This document shows, one piece after another, positions 1-9,811 of a stretch of 64,000 nt of DNA (the first letter of the stretch is position 1; the number at the start of each line of letters is the position of its first letter). Source of the stretch: a virus (Duplodnaviria; Caudoviricetes); the IMG/VR virus record IMGVR_UViG_3300015608_002119, positions 1 to 64,000 of that record. One strand, given 5' to 3'. Made by a program: the position numbers and the translations under genes. Below the pieces are notes generated by a model. That model was not told where the DNA came from. It made no database searches and worked only from the letters and a program-made list of their open reading frames with translations.

Positions 1-194
1 TCGCCATGCTGGGTGGCGACGGTTCTACGGCGGCGGGTACGGTTATTACCTACACAATGAGGGCTTACGAGACGACCCTCTTGGCGTACGTAACATGGTC
101 ATCTACATCAACCCCGGACCTTACTGGTGACTCTTCGGGATATACCCCGGCAAATCTCAGGGGAATATCGGTCATCAAGCGTACGACCACCTAG
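1..194 (+). CDS. 3' end of a hypothetical gene (probably truncated by the window edge)
   Basis: Open frame at the window start ending in TAG at 194; no recognisable motif. Confidence 0.4.
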   Translation, partial: AMLGGDGSTAAGTVITYTMRAYETTLLAYVTWSSTSTPDLTGDSSGYTPANLRGISVIKRTTT

Positions 195-248
195 CAACCA
201 AGCCGGTTGGCTTTGGCGACGTCGGGCTGCTAGCATTGTTCTGGACAT

Positions 249-1490
249 ATGGTCGTTAAACGTCGCCGCATCGCCACAAACAACATCATCAACTCAGTCA
301 TCGAAACTATTACTCAAAACGGTTTATCGCTGATTCCGCTATACACCACCAGAGATGGGGAGTGTTGCTGTAGGAACGCCGGTTGCAGTTCTCCTGGTAA
401 GCACCCATTGTTCAGGTGTAACTGGAAGAAGGTAGCCTCTAGTGATAAAGCTAAGATAGAAGACTGGTTGTCAATGCGCAGCAAGATGAACTACGGCGTT
501 GCAACCGGCAGGAAATCGCCGGTCACTGGCAAGTTTCTTGTTGTTGTTGACGTTGATCGTGGTGATAACGACGAGTTTGTGAGCTCGCTGCCCGAGACGT
601 TCACATATCTCACCGGATCTGGCGGCAAGCACATGTGGTATTGGTCTGATGAGCCGGTACCAAACTCCGTATCGCTGCTAGCACATAAGGTTGATGTGCG
701 CGGTACCGACGGGTACGTGGTGGCACCGCCAAGCAGGCATTGCAATGGCACAGAATACGGGGCTCGAACATCGATCGAAGAGATCTCTAGGCCAATTGCT
801 GCACTGCCACTTGAGGTCGTTCGTGCTTGCAATGCTGTAAAGCTACCGAAGAAACGGGGAAAAAGAAAGCGGCAAACGCCGCCAGAAACGCTGGATCCGG
901 CTAATCGTCACCAAGTTGCCGCGCCAAAGCAGCTAAAAGTCGCTGACGTGCGCGCGCTGATCGCACAAGGCAGCAAAGTACCGACCGGTTGCAGAAACGT
1001 AGCCTTGCACCGGCTGTTATCGTCTAAACGAGCCGCTGGTCTGCTGAGGGAGGAGCTAGTTCGCGAGGCGGAGGCCGTCGTGCTTAGCTCGTTCGAAGAC
1101 CCTGACTCGATCATGCAAGACATACCAGCTATCGTCGCGTCAGTGGCCAAGTACCCTGCCTATAACACGTCCTACCAGCGCGTTAACGAGCTGTACGTCA
1201 AGTGGTTGCGCAAGAACTTCCCATCGATCGCAACAACGATTGATGAGGACAAGTTGAACAGGCTCGACATCGAATTCTTTGGTGCCTTGCGTGCCACGGA
1301 ACGTCCCGTACGGGCTTTCCCCTCACTTAAAGACATCGCCGCCGCAAGGGCCGTCTATATTCGTTCTAGGGGTATCGACCGGTTTGCTACCTACAAGCCG
1401 CAGCTGCTCGCCGCCAAGCTGCGGTCACTCGGCCTCGAACGCGTACGTACCGCTGGTGGAAACGTCTGGAAAGTAGCGCTTCCGACGTAA
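249..1490 (+). CDS. Bifunctional DNA primase/polymerase (prim-pol) with PriCT-like C-terminal region
   Basis: CxC...C..PGKHP, NYGVATG, VVVDVD, TGSGGKH, DVRGTDGYVVAPPSRH, GCRNVAL motifs. Confidence 0.85.
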   Translation: MVVKRRRIATNNIINSVIETITQNGLSLIPLYTTRDGECCCRNAGCSSPGKHPLFRCNWKKVASSDKAKIEDWLSMRSKMNYGVATGRKSPVTGKFLVVVDVDRGDNDEFVSSLPETFTYLTGSGGKHMWYWSDEPVPNSVSLLAHKVDVRGTDGYVVAPPSRHCNGTEYGARTSIEEISRPIAALPLEVVRACNAVKLPKKRGKRKRQTPPETLDPANRHQVAAPKQLKVADVRALIAQGSKVPTGCRNVALHRLLSSKRAAGLLREELVREAEAVVLSSFEDPDSIMQDIPAIVASVAKYPAYNTSYQRVNELYVKWLRKNFPSIATTIDEDKLNRLDIEFFGALRATERPVRAFPSLKDIAAARAVYIRSRGIDRFATYKPQLLAAKLRSLGLERVRTAGGNVWKVALPT

Positions 1491-1520
1491 ACTACTGGTT
1501 TTGCTGAAGAATTAATTCGC

Positions 1521-1549
1521 TTGACTCGCCGTGAGTCGCATGGTAGCTT
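1521..1549 (+). promoter_or_regulatory. sigma70-type promoter TTGACT-N17-TAGCTT with extended TG; GACTC...GAGTC inverted repeat in spacer
   Basis: Direct sequence; ATG 7 nt after the -10 box. Confidence 0.7.
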
Positions 1550-1556
1550 CATATTC

Positions 1557-2654
1557 ATGAAGACTCAGACGGCTACGAAGCGACTCAACGACATTCTCAA
1601 CTCGCTCGGCACTCTGGCTCGTACGTGCAGTGATATCCGGCGTTGTTCGCGCTGCGGGCTCGAACTGACGGACTGCGCCTCGATCGAGCGCGGCCAGGGT
1701 CCCATCTGTGCGCGCAAGGACACGCACCTCTACGCCAAGACGATCCAGGTGAACTGGTCCATGGTGACGGCCTTCGCGACCATGGTCATCAACGAGAACA
1801 GCTTCCCTACGGAGACGACGGTGGGCGTGTGGACCGCGCTCCGGGACGTGCTGGTCGACATGTCTGGCACGGCACACCAGCGCGCCCTGGCAAACAACGG
1901 CACTGCCGAGATCTCCAACTTCCTGTCCGGAGATGATTGTCGACTTGCCGTGAAGGTGCTCGACTGGCTCCTGTCCTTCAGGCTGCCGCACGACACGCGT
2001 CGCAACCTGATCCAGCTCGTTCGCCATCTTGGTTACATCTCCCTTGCCGGGGTGCTGTCTGGGGAGGCATCCACCGGGGAGTCGGTGCTCAAGTTCGAGA
2101 ACGGTCGGGTAATCCTCTCTGGCAGTAGCAACAAGGCTGGGTACGCGGCTATGCGGAAGAACGTGCGTGGCGTATATCTCCCCGCCCGTCGTGGCCCGTC
2201 CGTGTTCAGTGCACCGGCAACGTCCGCTGCGGCGTTCATCGACGTGGCCACCGAGTTCTGGCCCTGCTTTGATGCCAAGGCCCAGGACGTGCTGGCTCAG
2301 GCAAACAAGTGGGTCGAGGAGCACGTGCAGGTTGCTGCTCCCGTTGTCCATGTTGCGGCGACGGTTGCGACCGATAGTCGCCCGGTTGCGATCATCACGA
2401 AGCGGTCGACCGACTTCCTGATGTCCTTCGAGTGGACTGATCATTCCCGGTCGATCATCGAGCGACTCAAGCAGGCGATCCCGGCCAAGCACAGGACATA
2501 CGACGCTGCCAAGCGGCAGTGGATCATCCGTGACATGTCCTACGAGCCGACCCTGCGTACGCTGCTCGGCCAGAACTACCGGGTCGACATGCAGGATGGT
2601 GGTGTGACCCCGGCCCCGCCGCGTTACGCGCACTACAACTACTACCGTCGCTGA
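1557..2654 (+). CDS. Early protein with N-terminal Zn-finger (DUF6011-like) and C-terminal HARP-like domain
   Basis: CSRCGLELTDCASIERGQGPIC; IIERLKQAIP..RTYDAAKRQWII; strong GC3 bias. Confidence 0.6.
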   Translation: MKTQTATKRLNDILNSLGTLARTCSDIRRCSRCGLELTDCASIERGQGPICARKDTHLYAKTIQVNWSMVTAFATMVINENSFPTETTVGVWTALRDVLVDMSGTAHQRALANNGTAEISNFLSGDDCRLAVKVLDWLLSFRLPHDTRRNLIQLVRHLGYISLAGVLSGEASTGESVLKFENGRVILSGSSNKAGYAAMRKNVRGVYLPARRGPSVFSAPATSAAAFIDVATEFWPCFDAKAQDVLAQANKWVEEHVQVAAPVVHVAATVATDSRPVAIITKRSTDFLMSFEWTDHSRSIIERLKQAIPAKHRTYDAAKRQWIIRDMSYEPTLRTLLGQNYRVDMQDGGVTPAPPRYAHYNYYRR

Positions 2655-2683
2655 GTGAAAGGAAAGGATTTTTAGAAAGACGC

Positions 2684-2830
2684 ATGGATACGCTAACCAC
2701 AATTGCAATCGTCGGCTCTGTTCCTGTTGGGGCTTTGGTAGGTGCCATCTGGTACATCTACGAGAGCTACGACATCTCCTTCCACCCGGACGGTCGTCCG
2801 TGGTTCTTTGTGACACGAAAACAGCGATAG
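2684..2830 (+). CDS. Small membrane protein (48 aa), absent from ORF track
   Basis: ATG..TAG translated by hand: MDTLTTIAIVGSVPVGALVGAIWYIYE...; purine-rich upstream region. Confidence 0.5.
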   Translation: MDTLTTIAIVGSVPVGALVGAIWYIYESYDISFHPDGRPWFFVTRKQR

Positions 2831-2851
2831 TGTGAGCGCTATTTAAGCCGC

Positions 2852-3286
2852 ATGTCGACGACATCATCATCACCAGCGACGGTGCGGCTTAAATCCCTGC
2901 TCTACGAGACGAATGAATCATCATCAACTGGTGACAGCAACACTTCAACAATAAGCAGCAGCGGCGTGGCCTCCAATCGGCTCGTACAAAATGCCGACGA
3001 GGAGTCCCTGCGTAATGTAAAGTCGCGTGCCTTGTTCGTCCTGAGGGCAATCAAGGACGGCAAGCGCTCATCAGACAGTGAGTTGATGGACGAGCTGGCA
3101 ATCCGAATGCGCCAGACGCCAGAACTCGACCCGCTAAACAGCGAAGACACGTATGGCGTGCAGGCGATGTTCAACTATCTGGCAAAGAATAACAAGAACG
3201 TTGCCCGTCGAGCTAAGCGGTTCTATAAGTCCCTGTTAGATCGCTGGATTATGTCTCAAACGTCCAGCAAGAGCGGGGATGAGTGA
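2852..3286 (+). CDS. Hypothetical late/virion-associated protein
   Basis: TATTTA at 2840; leader RLKSLLYE. Confidence 0.6.
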   Translation: MSTTSSSPATVRLKSLLYETNESSSTGDSNTSTISSSGVASNRLVQNADEESLRNVKSRALFVLRAIKDGKRSSDSELMDELAIRMRQTPELDPLNSEDTYGVQAMFNYLAKNNKNVARRAKRFYKSLLDRWIMSQTSSKSGDE

Positions 3287-3310
3287 GATGGTGATCGGAT
3301 AGTAGTTGGA

Positions 3311-3583
3311 TCAGTTGCTACTGTCGTAACCGACATCATCAGCGACTGTGTTTTGCATTGCGGTGCTGATTCGCTCGGCCTCGTCGAGCATTCGCTTAAT
3401 GGCGCTATCAAACCCCGCCTTATACTCGGCCGACATGGTCACATAACCGGTCGCGTCATCTAGCTCAACTTCAAGCGTACGCAGGTTGTCGACAACCGGT
3501 GTGCCAGTTAAGATAGCCAGCTGAAGCAGCTTGGCCAGCTGGGCTACGAGTGAGTCGTCAATGCGATATGTTGGCTTGTTCAT
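3311..3583 (-). CDS. Hypothetical phage protein
   Basis: Likely start MNKPTYRIDD overlapping the dnaJ stop. Confidence 0.6.
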   Translation of the reverse strand: MNKPTYRIDDSLVAQLAKLLQLAILTGTPVVDNLRTLEVELDDATGYVTMSAEYKAGFDSAIKRMLDEAERISTAMQNTVADDVGYDSSN

Positions 3584-4592
3584 GTGTTGTGTTGGCTCCT
3601 TCATCTTTTGATGAGTGTGTTGTAATGCTGCGTAACGCTGCGACGGTTGTCTTGTACTCATCTGACGGCGATTGCGGAATGTCTACGTGCGTTACCAGGT
3701 ACAAGTCACCCCTCTCTTTAGCTGCCGGGCCTGCGTAAACGCCTTTCCCTGCTAGCTTGATCATTTGCTTGTTTCGTAGAGGTGGTACCTTTACATTGAC
3801 AGAAGTGCCATCAATTAGTTCGAGCTTGTGTGACCCGCCCAGTACCGCGGTCTCATATGGCAAGTACACGTCCTGCAACAACCTGCCGTCGTTGCCTATT
3901 GTATACTCTCCAATATCAACGTAGACGTTGACGAACAGAATGCCATGCTGCGTGTTTTGTTGGAGTGTGCATGGGAATATGATTCCTCTTGGTATGTTTA
4001 CCCGAAATGTTTGTGGACCGGTCTTGTTGCCAGACCCATGACAGTCGCGACATTGGCCATAGTGATGACCGCTACCCTTACACAACGGACAACGTTGCTT
4101 GGCGTCGTTATCAGAGCTATCTTTACAACTGGCACATGACTGCTTGCTTGTGCCAGAACCGAAGCATGCCGCACATGGCATTTTAACGTCTTGGATTGTG
4201 ATTACGCGTTCCTGGGCTTGAAGTGTTTCGGCCAGCTTGAGCGTTACGTCAACATCAAACCTTCTGCGTCCACCATGCCAGTTAACGGTGCGCTTCCAGT
4301 TTGATGGTATGCCGCCGTTGCCATGGTTGTTAAACAGCTCAGCGAACATGGCGTCGTCAGACCAGGTCGGTTGCTGCTGGTGATAATGCTGGTATGTTTG
4401 ATGTTGCCGCTGGGAAGCCTTGCCGCTCTTGATGGCCTCGTATGCCTCGTTGATGGCCTTCAGCTTCTCTTCGGCTTTTGGATCGCCCTGGTTACGGTCT
4501 GGGTGTTGCTCGAACACCTTCTTGCGGTAGGCCGACTTGATTTCCTCTGGCGTTGCCCCAGGACTGATACCCAGGGTCTCGAATGGTGTCAT
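3558..4592 (-). CDS. dnaJ: DnaJ co-chaperone
   Basis: J domain with HPD, CxxCxGxG Zn-finger repeats, C-terminal RGDLYL. Confidence 0.92.
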   Translation of the reverse strand: MTPFETLGISPGATPEEIKSAYRKKVFEQHPDRNQGDPKAEEKLKAINEAYEAIKSGKASQRQHQTYQHYHQQQPTWSDDAMFAELFNNHGNGGIPSNWKRTVNWHGGRRRFDVDVTLKLAETLQAQERVITIQDVKMPCAACFGSGTSKQSCASCKDSSDNDAKQRCPLCKGSGHHYGQCRDCHGSGNKTGPQTFRVNIPRGIIFPCTLQQNTQHGILFVNVYVDIGEYTIGNDGRLLQDVYLPYETAVLGGSHKLELIDGTSVNVKVPPLRNKQMIKLAGKGVYAGPAAKERGDLYLVTHVDIPQSPSDEYKTTVAALRSITTHSSKDEGANTTHEQANISH

Positions 4593-4807
4593 GGTTTGAG
4601 GTATAATACCTCATCAGCGAAACGTTGTAGTTCGCGCTGAAAGTTGATCAGTTCCTCCATTGTGAACCCAACCTCGTCGTTCTCAACCTTGTCGAGCATA
4701 AGCTCGGGCCGGTTGACCTTGCCGTTCTTTGTAGAATACTCTACAATCCGGCCGCGGATAACCCAACCGCCACGCACACCAAGAACTTTTTCTTTGGTTA
4801 CCTTCAC
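4589..4807 (-). CDS. Hypothetical protein
   Basis: 4-nt start/stop overlaps on both sides suggest translational coupling. Confidence 0.6.
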   Translation of the reverse strand: MKVTKEKVLGVRGGWVIRGRIVEYSTKNGKVNRPELMLDKVENDEVGFTMEELINFQRELQRFADEVLYLKP

Positions 4808-6021
4808 GGCTTGGGCTCCTCTGATTTTTGCGTTGACGCGTCGCCGACTGCCGCAGACCAGCGAGTATAGGCACTGTTGATATACTTTTCAGCCTCCTTA
4901 GCCTCAAGAAATGCCAGCCCTCGGAGGTATGATTTCACCTGTTGCAACCGGGCACGAGCATCATTGTCATTAGCGCCAATGCCATCAACATGCTTTGTTA
5001 AAACCTCCAAAACGGCGTGCAGCCGCAGCTTGGCGCCCGGCAAGTCCGTAATCCCGGCCGGGATAAGCTCAGACTTCTGAAACGCAATAAACGCATCAAT
5101 ATCGCCATTGCTGCCGGTAGTGCCGTTGTCGATTGCTGGTTCTTTGGACGTTTTTGCTGGCGCCTCGGATGATGTGGACAATGACAGCCTATCTTCAATG
5201 ATTTTTCTGACCGATTCCGAACAATTGTCTTTCTCTTGATTGTCCGTCTTGGTTTGTTTATCCGTAGCCACGGTTACCTTGGCGATAGCCTCGTCTCGAT
5301 CCCGCATAAGTTGTTGCAGTTTCTCATCGGCCTGACGCTCGTTCGGCGATTCATAACGACGCTGAACAACGCGCCGTTGGGTGCAGTTTGGCTCAAACGA
5401 ACCATTCACCAGTGCTGTCAGTCTCTTCTTGGAAAGCACTAGCCATTTGTCACTGCTGCGTTCCTCTGCTGTGAGCTCGGAAAGGTTCTTGATGACAACA
5501 TCGCTGCTAAGTTCTCCAAGTGCCAACGATAGTGCGACCTTGTCACCGCCATCATCAACACTCTTCTCTTTATTGGTGCTGGTACTTGGCCGCTGCTGTT
5601 TTGGCTGTTGAAGTTTTTCTTTTCCTGTTTCAGCCTCAACATCTGCGCCAACCAGAGCGCCACCAAAGTTACATGACCTTGCCCTGCGCAATCCAAGCAA
5701 CCCATAGCCTGCAATGTCGCTATAAGCATCGACGAGCTGTTCTTTGGTCGTGTTGTTCTTGATTGAGGCGATCCTCTTGAGCTTGTCGAAGATCCTGACA
5801 ATTGCGAGACTGTCGACATACTGCTCTGGGAGAATGCCAGTCGGGTACATGAGTTTCAGGAACTCGCCGACCGTGTCAAAGGCGCTGCCGTATGCGGCAT
5901 TCTTTTGGTCGACCAGCTCACCGATCTCTTTTCCGAGGTCGGCGTAGCGCGCCACATCTCGCAAGTCGTTGTCAATGTCCGGGCTGTCGTTGCGGTCTTG
6001 TTTATTTGTATTTGTTGTCAT
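4804..6021 (-). CDS. DUF1599/MazG-like all-alpha nucleotide-modification-associated domain with long C-terminal extension
   Basis: KNAAYG, RIFDKLKRI, DAYSDIAGYGLL. Confidence 0.6.
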   Translation of the reverse strand: MTTNTNKQDRNDSPDIDNDLRDVARYADLGKEIGELVDQKNAAYGSAFDTVGEFLKLMYPTGILPEQYVDSLAIVRIFDKLKRIASIKNNTTKEQLVDAYSDIAGYGLLGLRRARSCNFGGALVGADVEAETGKEKLQQPKQQRPSTSTNKEKSVDDGGDKVALSLALGELSSDVVIKNLSELTAEERSSDKWLVLSKKRLTALVNGSFEPNCTQRRVVQRRYESPNERQADEKLQQLMRDRDEAIAKVTVATDKQTKTDNQEKDNCSESVRKIIEDRLSLSTSSEAPAKTSKEPAIDNGTTGSNGDIDAFIAFQKSELIPAGITDLPGAKLRLHAVLEVLTKHVDGIGANDNDARARLQQVKSYLRGLAFLEAKEAEKYINSAYTRWSAAVGDASTQKSEEPKP

Positions 6022-6029
6022 TTGCTTTT

Positions 6030-6596
6030 TTACTTTCCTCGTACGTACGTTCCGAACGTGTATTGTAGCCCGGCTAGTTCTGGCTGTGTATGCATTTGGC
6101 CTTGTTTGTCTTCGTGCGGTTCCGAGTCGATCATCTTCCATCCGTGCACGTCGCTTACGAGCTCGTCGTATGGAAAACGTGCATCTCCCTGTGCTTCAGC
6201 GCCGATGATGGTGAGGTATACTTTCGAGCAGGGTATGCCGCCATCGATCAGTACGCACTCCCGGTAGAGCGCCTCACCGCCGATCACGAACAGCTCCGAA
6301 ACATCCCCGCCAAGGCCCCTAGCCGCCCGTTCTAGGGCCTCCGATATTGTTTGGCATACCAGGACACCTTCAGGGCATTTCAAGCCCCCAGATCGGCTTA
6401 AAACGACGTTTAATCTGCCGGGGAGTGGCTTGCCAAGCGACTCGTACGTTTTTCGGCCCATGACGACCGGGCAGCCCATTGTTAGCCGCTTGAAACGTTT
6501 AAGGTCCGATGGTAGCCGCCACGGGATTATGCCGCCGTTGCCGATGATTCCGTTACTGGACATCGCGGCTATTGCCGTTATGGTTGGTGATGACAT
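6030..6596 (-). CDS. folA: Dihydrofolate reductase
   Basis: IIG..G.IPW.LPSDLKRFK, MGRKTYESL..PLPGRLNVVLS, VIGGEALY, GDARFP. Confidence 0.95.
   Translation of the reverse strand: MSSPTITAIAAMSSNGIIGNGGIIPWRLPSDLKRFKRLTMGCPVVMGRKTYESLGKPLPGRLNVVLSRSGGLKCPEGVLVCQTISEALERAARGLGGDVSELFVIGGEALYRECVLIDGGIPCSKVYLTIIGAEAQGDARFPYDELVSDVHGWKMIDSEPHEDKQGQMHTQPELAGLQYTFGTYVRGK
6312..6405. repeat. Bipartite ~90-bp dispersed element, copy A (inside folA)
   Basis: 22 nt identical to 23065-23086; right arm CATTTCAAGCCCCCAGATCGGCT at +64. Confidence 0.75.
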
Positions 6597-6626
6597 TGCG
6601 GTGTGATGATGAGTTAAACGGCCAGA

Positions 6627-7262
6627 TCAGCCGAAATCAATAGCAACGTCGAACACGACCTTGGCTTTGGGAATGCGCACATGGTTTACGATTCCATGCT
6701 TAAGCGTGTCGTTTGCGTTGAAGTAAAGGTCAGCATGGCTGTTGTCATGCACCAGCTTCTTGAAATATCCTGGCGCTTGCTTGCAGTTCTCATCAAGGAT
6801 TGAGTAGATCTGGTCATTAAGCCTCGTGATCTCCTTGGCTTCAACCTTGATGTCTTCCACTTTACCGAACGCGTATGATGCGGCATCGTGCACCATTACC
6901 GTTGCACTCGGAGCAATATATCGCTGCCCATCAGCGCCACATGAGAGAAGAATGGCACCGCAAGACATTGCCTTTCCCATGCAGATTGTTGCAACCGGTA
7001 CTGGCGATGATCTGATGATGTCGATCATCTTGAGAAGCGAATATACCTCGCCTCCGTATGAATCGATCACAACTGGAATGATTGTTTGCCCAGTGTTCTG
7101 CGCGTTGATCATCCCCTCCAGGAACTCCTTGGCAGACTCCTCACTGAACTTGTTTACACAGAGGATGTGTGGGGCATGCGCATTGATCGTTATCTCGCCG
7201 TTCTCTGTGATGGTTGGCTTTGATAGAATCGGGTTCCGTGCTTCGATTTGAAATATGCTCAT
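6627..7262 (-). CDS. clpP: ClpP-like serine protease
   Basis: IDSYGG, AMSCGA (catalytic Ser), MVHD; AAGGAG SD before ATG at 7262. Confidence 0.88.
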   Translation of the reverse strand: MSIFQIEARNPILSKPTITENGEITINAHAPHILCVNKFSEESAKEFLEGMINAQNTGQTIIPVVIDSYGGEVYSLLKMIDIIRSSPVPVATICMGKAMSCGAILLSCGADGQRYIAPSATVMVHDAASYAFGKVEDIKVEAKEITRLNDQIYSILDENCKQAPGYFKKLVHDNSHADLYFNANDTLKHGIVNHVRIPKAKVVFDVAIDFG

Positions 7263-7331
7263 ACTTCTCCTTGGTGGTCGTGCCACAACATGCGGTCGCT
7301 TCGAGCATACACATACTTAATCCAAAAATCC

Positions 7332-8477
7332 ATGGATAAGCGTAAGCAGCTGGCAGTCAAAGCCATTCGGAAGGTGATCAGAGAAGAGGCCGCTGGTAAT
7401 GCAGCGGCCGAGCAGCTGCTTCTGGAGCAGGGCCTTGTAGGAGCAGCAGGGCAGGCGGCAAAGGCAGCCGGTGGCGGCGTCATCAACCTGCTTGCACAGG
7501 CACTGTTTGGCAAAGGCAAGGGCACACCTCAACAAATCGCATCGTTGCGTGATGTGATTCGACGCGTAAGGACAAACCTTGCCGCCATCACAAACGCGTT
7601 CGTTTCTAGCGACTATGGGCTGTACAAGAAGCTGGGCTCAGAGCTCCGGAAGTTGCAAAAGGCATCCGAGGCGGCTTTCGCGGCAAACAACCCAAGGCAA
7701 GTTCAAGCATATCTGTCACAGGCCGCAACAGTGAGCGCATATATGTCTGCGTTTCCAAACATCGCAGAAGACATGGAGGCCATCTACAACGCACACATAG
7801 AAGAGATTGAATCGCCAACAATTTCTGCCGAGCAGCTCAACACCATCGTCAACATGATAAGCAACAATGTCCTTCGTGAGCTGAACGCAACAAACTATGA
7901 TAAGCTCGGCGCTCTCGGAAAGAGCATCAAGCTGCTTGGTATTAAGTGGAGCCCCGCCCCTGCCGGTCTTAAACCACAAGACATTGCCAACGCCATCACG
8001 AAGGACTTAAGAGATGCCATTCCTACTACTTCTACTGGTACTCCTCCTGCGCCAGCCGCAACACCACCAGCTCCGGTTGCCGAAGGATTCAAGCGCTCAA
8101 TACGCCTACTGTCGGAAAATGCGAAACGAGCAAGGTACCAAGTCGCCGTAGGCAACGCCTTTTGCGAGCTGCTTGAGAGGTACTCACCAATTAACGAGAA
8201 CGCACAGGAAACACTTCAGCAGTTTCGGGATGCCACAAAGACCGTGGCGCAGGGTGTGAGAAACGCCGCCGCTAAGGCACAACAGCCTCCTGCCATCGCA
8301 ACTGGGGCTCAGCCCCCGTCGGCATCAGGACAAATGGCAAGCCCAGCAGCGCAAGGCAGGGCAGCCAAGGTCAAGGGACTGCTTGGAAACGTTGGGAACA
8401 TCATCGGTTCTCTGACCCCAGAAGAGAAGCAAGCCCTAAAAGCTGACTTTGATGCCTTGAAGGCTAAGTTGGGTTGA
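7332..8477 (+). CDS. Ala-rich putative internal head protein
   Basis: TACTTA at 7314; repeated IREE, LLLEQ, LSEN, INEN motifs. Confidence 0.6.
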   Translation: MDKRKQLAVKAIRKVIREEAAGNAAAEQLLLEQGLVGAAGQAAKAAGGGVINLLAQALFGKGKGTPQQIASLRDVIRRVRTNLAAITNAFVSSDYGLYKKLGSELRKLQKASEAAFAANNPRQVQAYLSQAATVSAYMSAFPNIAEDMEAIYNAHIEEIESPTISAEQLNTIVNMISNNVLRELNATNYDKLGALGKSIKLLGIKWSPAPAGLKPQDIANAITKDLRDAIPTTSTGTPPAPAATPPAPVAEGFKRSIRLLSENAKRARYQVAVGNAFCELLERYSPINENAQETLQQFRDATKTVAQGVRNAAAKAQQPPAIATGAQPPSASGQMASPAAQGRAAKVKGLLGNVGNIIGSLTPEEKQALKADFDALKAKLG

Positions 8478-8480
8478 CTG

Positions 8481-9179
8481 TCAAAACCCATACCGCTTTA
8501 GATCAAGCGGTTCTTCCCTCGGAAGATCACTAAATCCACCAGCCGCATTGATCTTCTGAACCTCCGCATCTGTCAACACTCGGTTCACCTTCATCGCACC
8601 ACCAATGATCCAGTTTCCTGTCATGTTGGGATTGGTTTTGTAACGGTAGTGACCGCCACGTGGAATCTGGTCTGTGATGTGAGCTGTGGATGGCCTTATG
8701 TCACCCTTCCGAAGACCGGTCGACTTGCTGTCCTTTTTTACTCTCTCGGCTCGACTGTTTGCGACCGTCTGCCAGTCAACATCTGCTGGCATCTCTACCT
8801 CAGCCCACACCTGAGTCGATGGTCTGATGGTTGGCTTGTTATCTTTCAGCTTGCCGCCGATGTGCGTGGCCATTGGGTAATCACCGGCATGCCAGCCGGG
8901 CCGGTAAGCTAACGTTCCCAACGTCGACTTGACACCTGCCTTGCCGGTCTTGGTTGTAACCATCTTGCCTTCCTCTGCCTCATACCATACGCCTAGCTTC
9001 ACTGGCTTGTTGGCGTTGACAAACAGCGGAAACAGCTCTCCAGGTCGATTTGGATCGATCCTAAACAGCTTGTATGCCTTGATGGTTTTGGTTGGTGGCA
9101 CAAAGCCAGATGATGCCGGTTGAAGATCAATGGCCGGGCTGGTGGCTTCTGTGAGATATAGAAGGTCAGATAGTTTCAT
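8481..9179 (-). CDS. Stand-alone domain resembling those in large polyvalent proteins; leader MKLSDLLYLTEA
   Basis: AYKLFR, LFPLFV, LAYRPGWH, QVWAEVEMP, YRYKTNPN; recognised from memory only. Confidence 0.55.
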   Translation of the reverse strand: MKLSDLLYLTEATSPAIDLQPASSGFVPPTKTIKAYKLFRIDPNRPGELFPLFVNANKPVKLGVWYEAEEGKMVTTKTGKAGVKSTLGTLAYRPGWHAGDYPMATHIGGKLKDNKPTIRPSTQVWAEVEMPADVDWQTVANSRAERVKKDSKSTGLRKGDIRPSTAHITDQIPRGGHYRYKTNPNMTGNWIIGGAMKVNRVLTDAEVQKINAAGGFSDLPREEPLDLKRYGF

Positions 9180-9543
9180 AACCAAGAATAGCTTGTTTTG
9201 GTATGTCGTTTTTGGCAATCACTTCGTAATCGGCAGCGTCGGATGATACTGTATCAACATAGATCCCATTGACCTTTATCACGATCAATTCTTCATCTTC
9301 GTCAAATCGATCACCCAACCAATTCATCAAAGCATCTTCGACATCGTTCATATTACGGAACAAATAAACTCCGATTTCTTCACCTTCCATGTCTTGCGGT
9401 ACTGCCATCTTCAAGCCGTTACGTTTAATTGAATTCCAGTGTTTTTTTGTTGTAACATGATATAGTATATCGGCCTCTTCTAATGATTTATTTAATGAAG
9501 TTTTCCGATCGGCCTCGAACAACAGCTTGTACATTCTCATCAT
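9166..9543 (-). CDS. ADP-ribosyltransferase-fold protein (H-Y-E type), AT-rich
   Basis: LYHVT...SIKRNGL...GVYLF...YEV...IP; leader MYKLLFEA; TATTTA box at 9554-9559 (minus strand). Confidence 0.6.
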   Translation of the reverse strand: MMRMYKLLFEADRKTSLNKSLEEADILYHVTTKKHWNSIKRNGLKMAVPQDMEGEEIGVYLFRNMNDVEDALMNWLGDRFDEDEELIVIKVNGIYVDTVSSDAADYEVIAKNDIPKQAILGYETI

Positions 9544-9577
9544 TGTATGTTGATAAATATGTCACGGACGCTTACGC

Positions 9578-9811
9578 TTAGAACAGCGTATGTTGTGTGA
9601 TAGTCTCCGATGAGATGCTTGTGTTCGGATAGTTTCTGCACTCAGCACACTTGGCATCGAGCTTGTGTTGCGCAGTATATTCTGGTGGACAGTTTGGGCA
9701 TGTGCCATGTCTATGCCAACCACAATAACACTTCTCGCCTGGAGCGAGTTGATTGAGTGATTCCATCGCTTCCAGTTGTTCGTTATTGAACACCGACCAT
9801 CCATTACTCAT
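9578..9811 (-). CDS. Small Cys-rich (Zn-finger-like) protein
   Basis: CYCGW..GTCPNC, CAECR; coupled to the thyA stop. Confidence 0.5.
   Translation of the reverse strand: MSNGWSVFNNEQLEAMESLNQLAPGEKCYCGWHRHGTCPNCPPEYTAQHKLDAKCAECRNYPNTSISSETITQHTLF

Noticed and set aside
1512-2873. 453-aa antisense ORF (likewise 25411-26391, 26548-28071, 51451-52653, 20952-21857)
   Set aside because: Shadow ORFs opposite high-GC3 genes that carry the real motifs and promoters
9177-9188. CATAACCAAGAA, a partial match to the 18-mer repeat
   Set aside because: Lacks the GTGGAA half and the purine tail; likely chance
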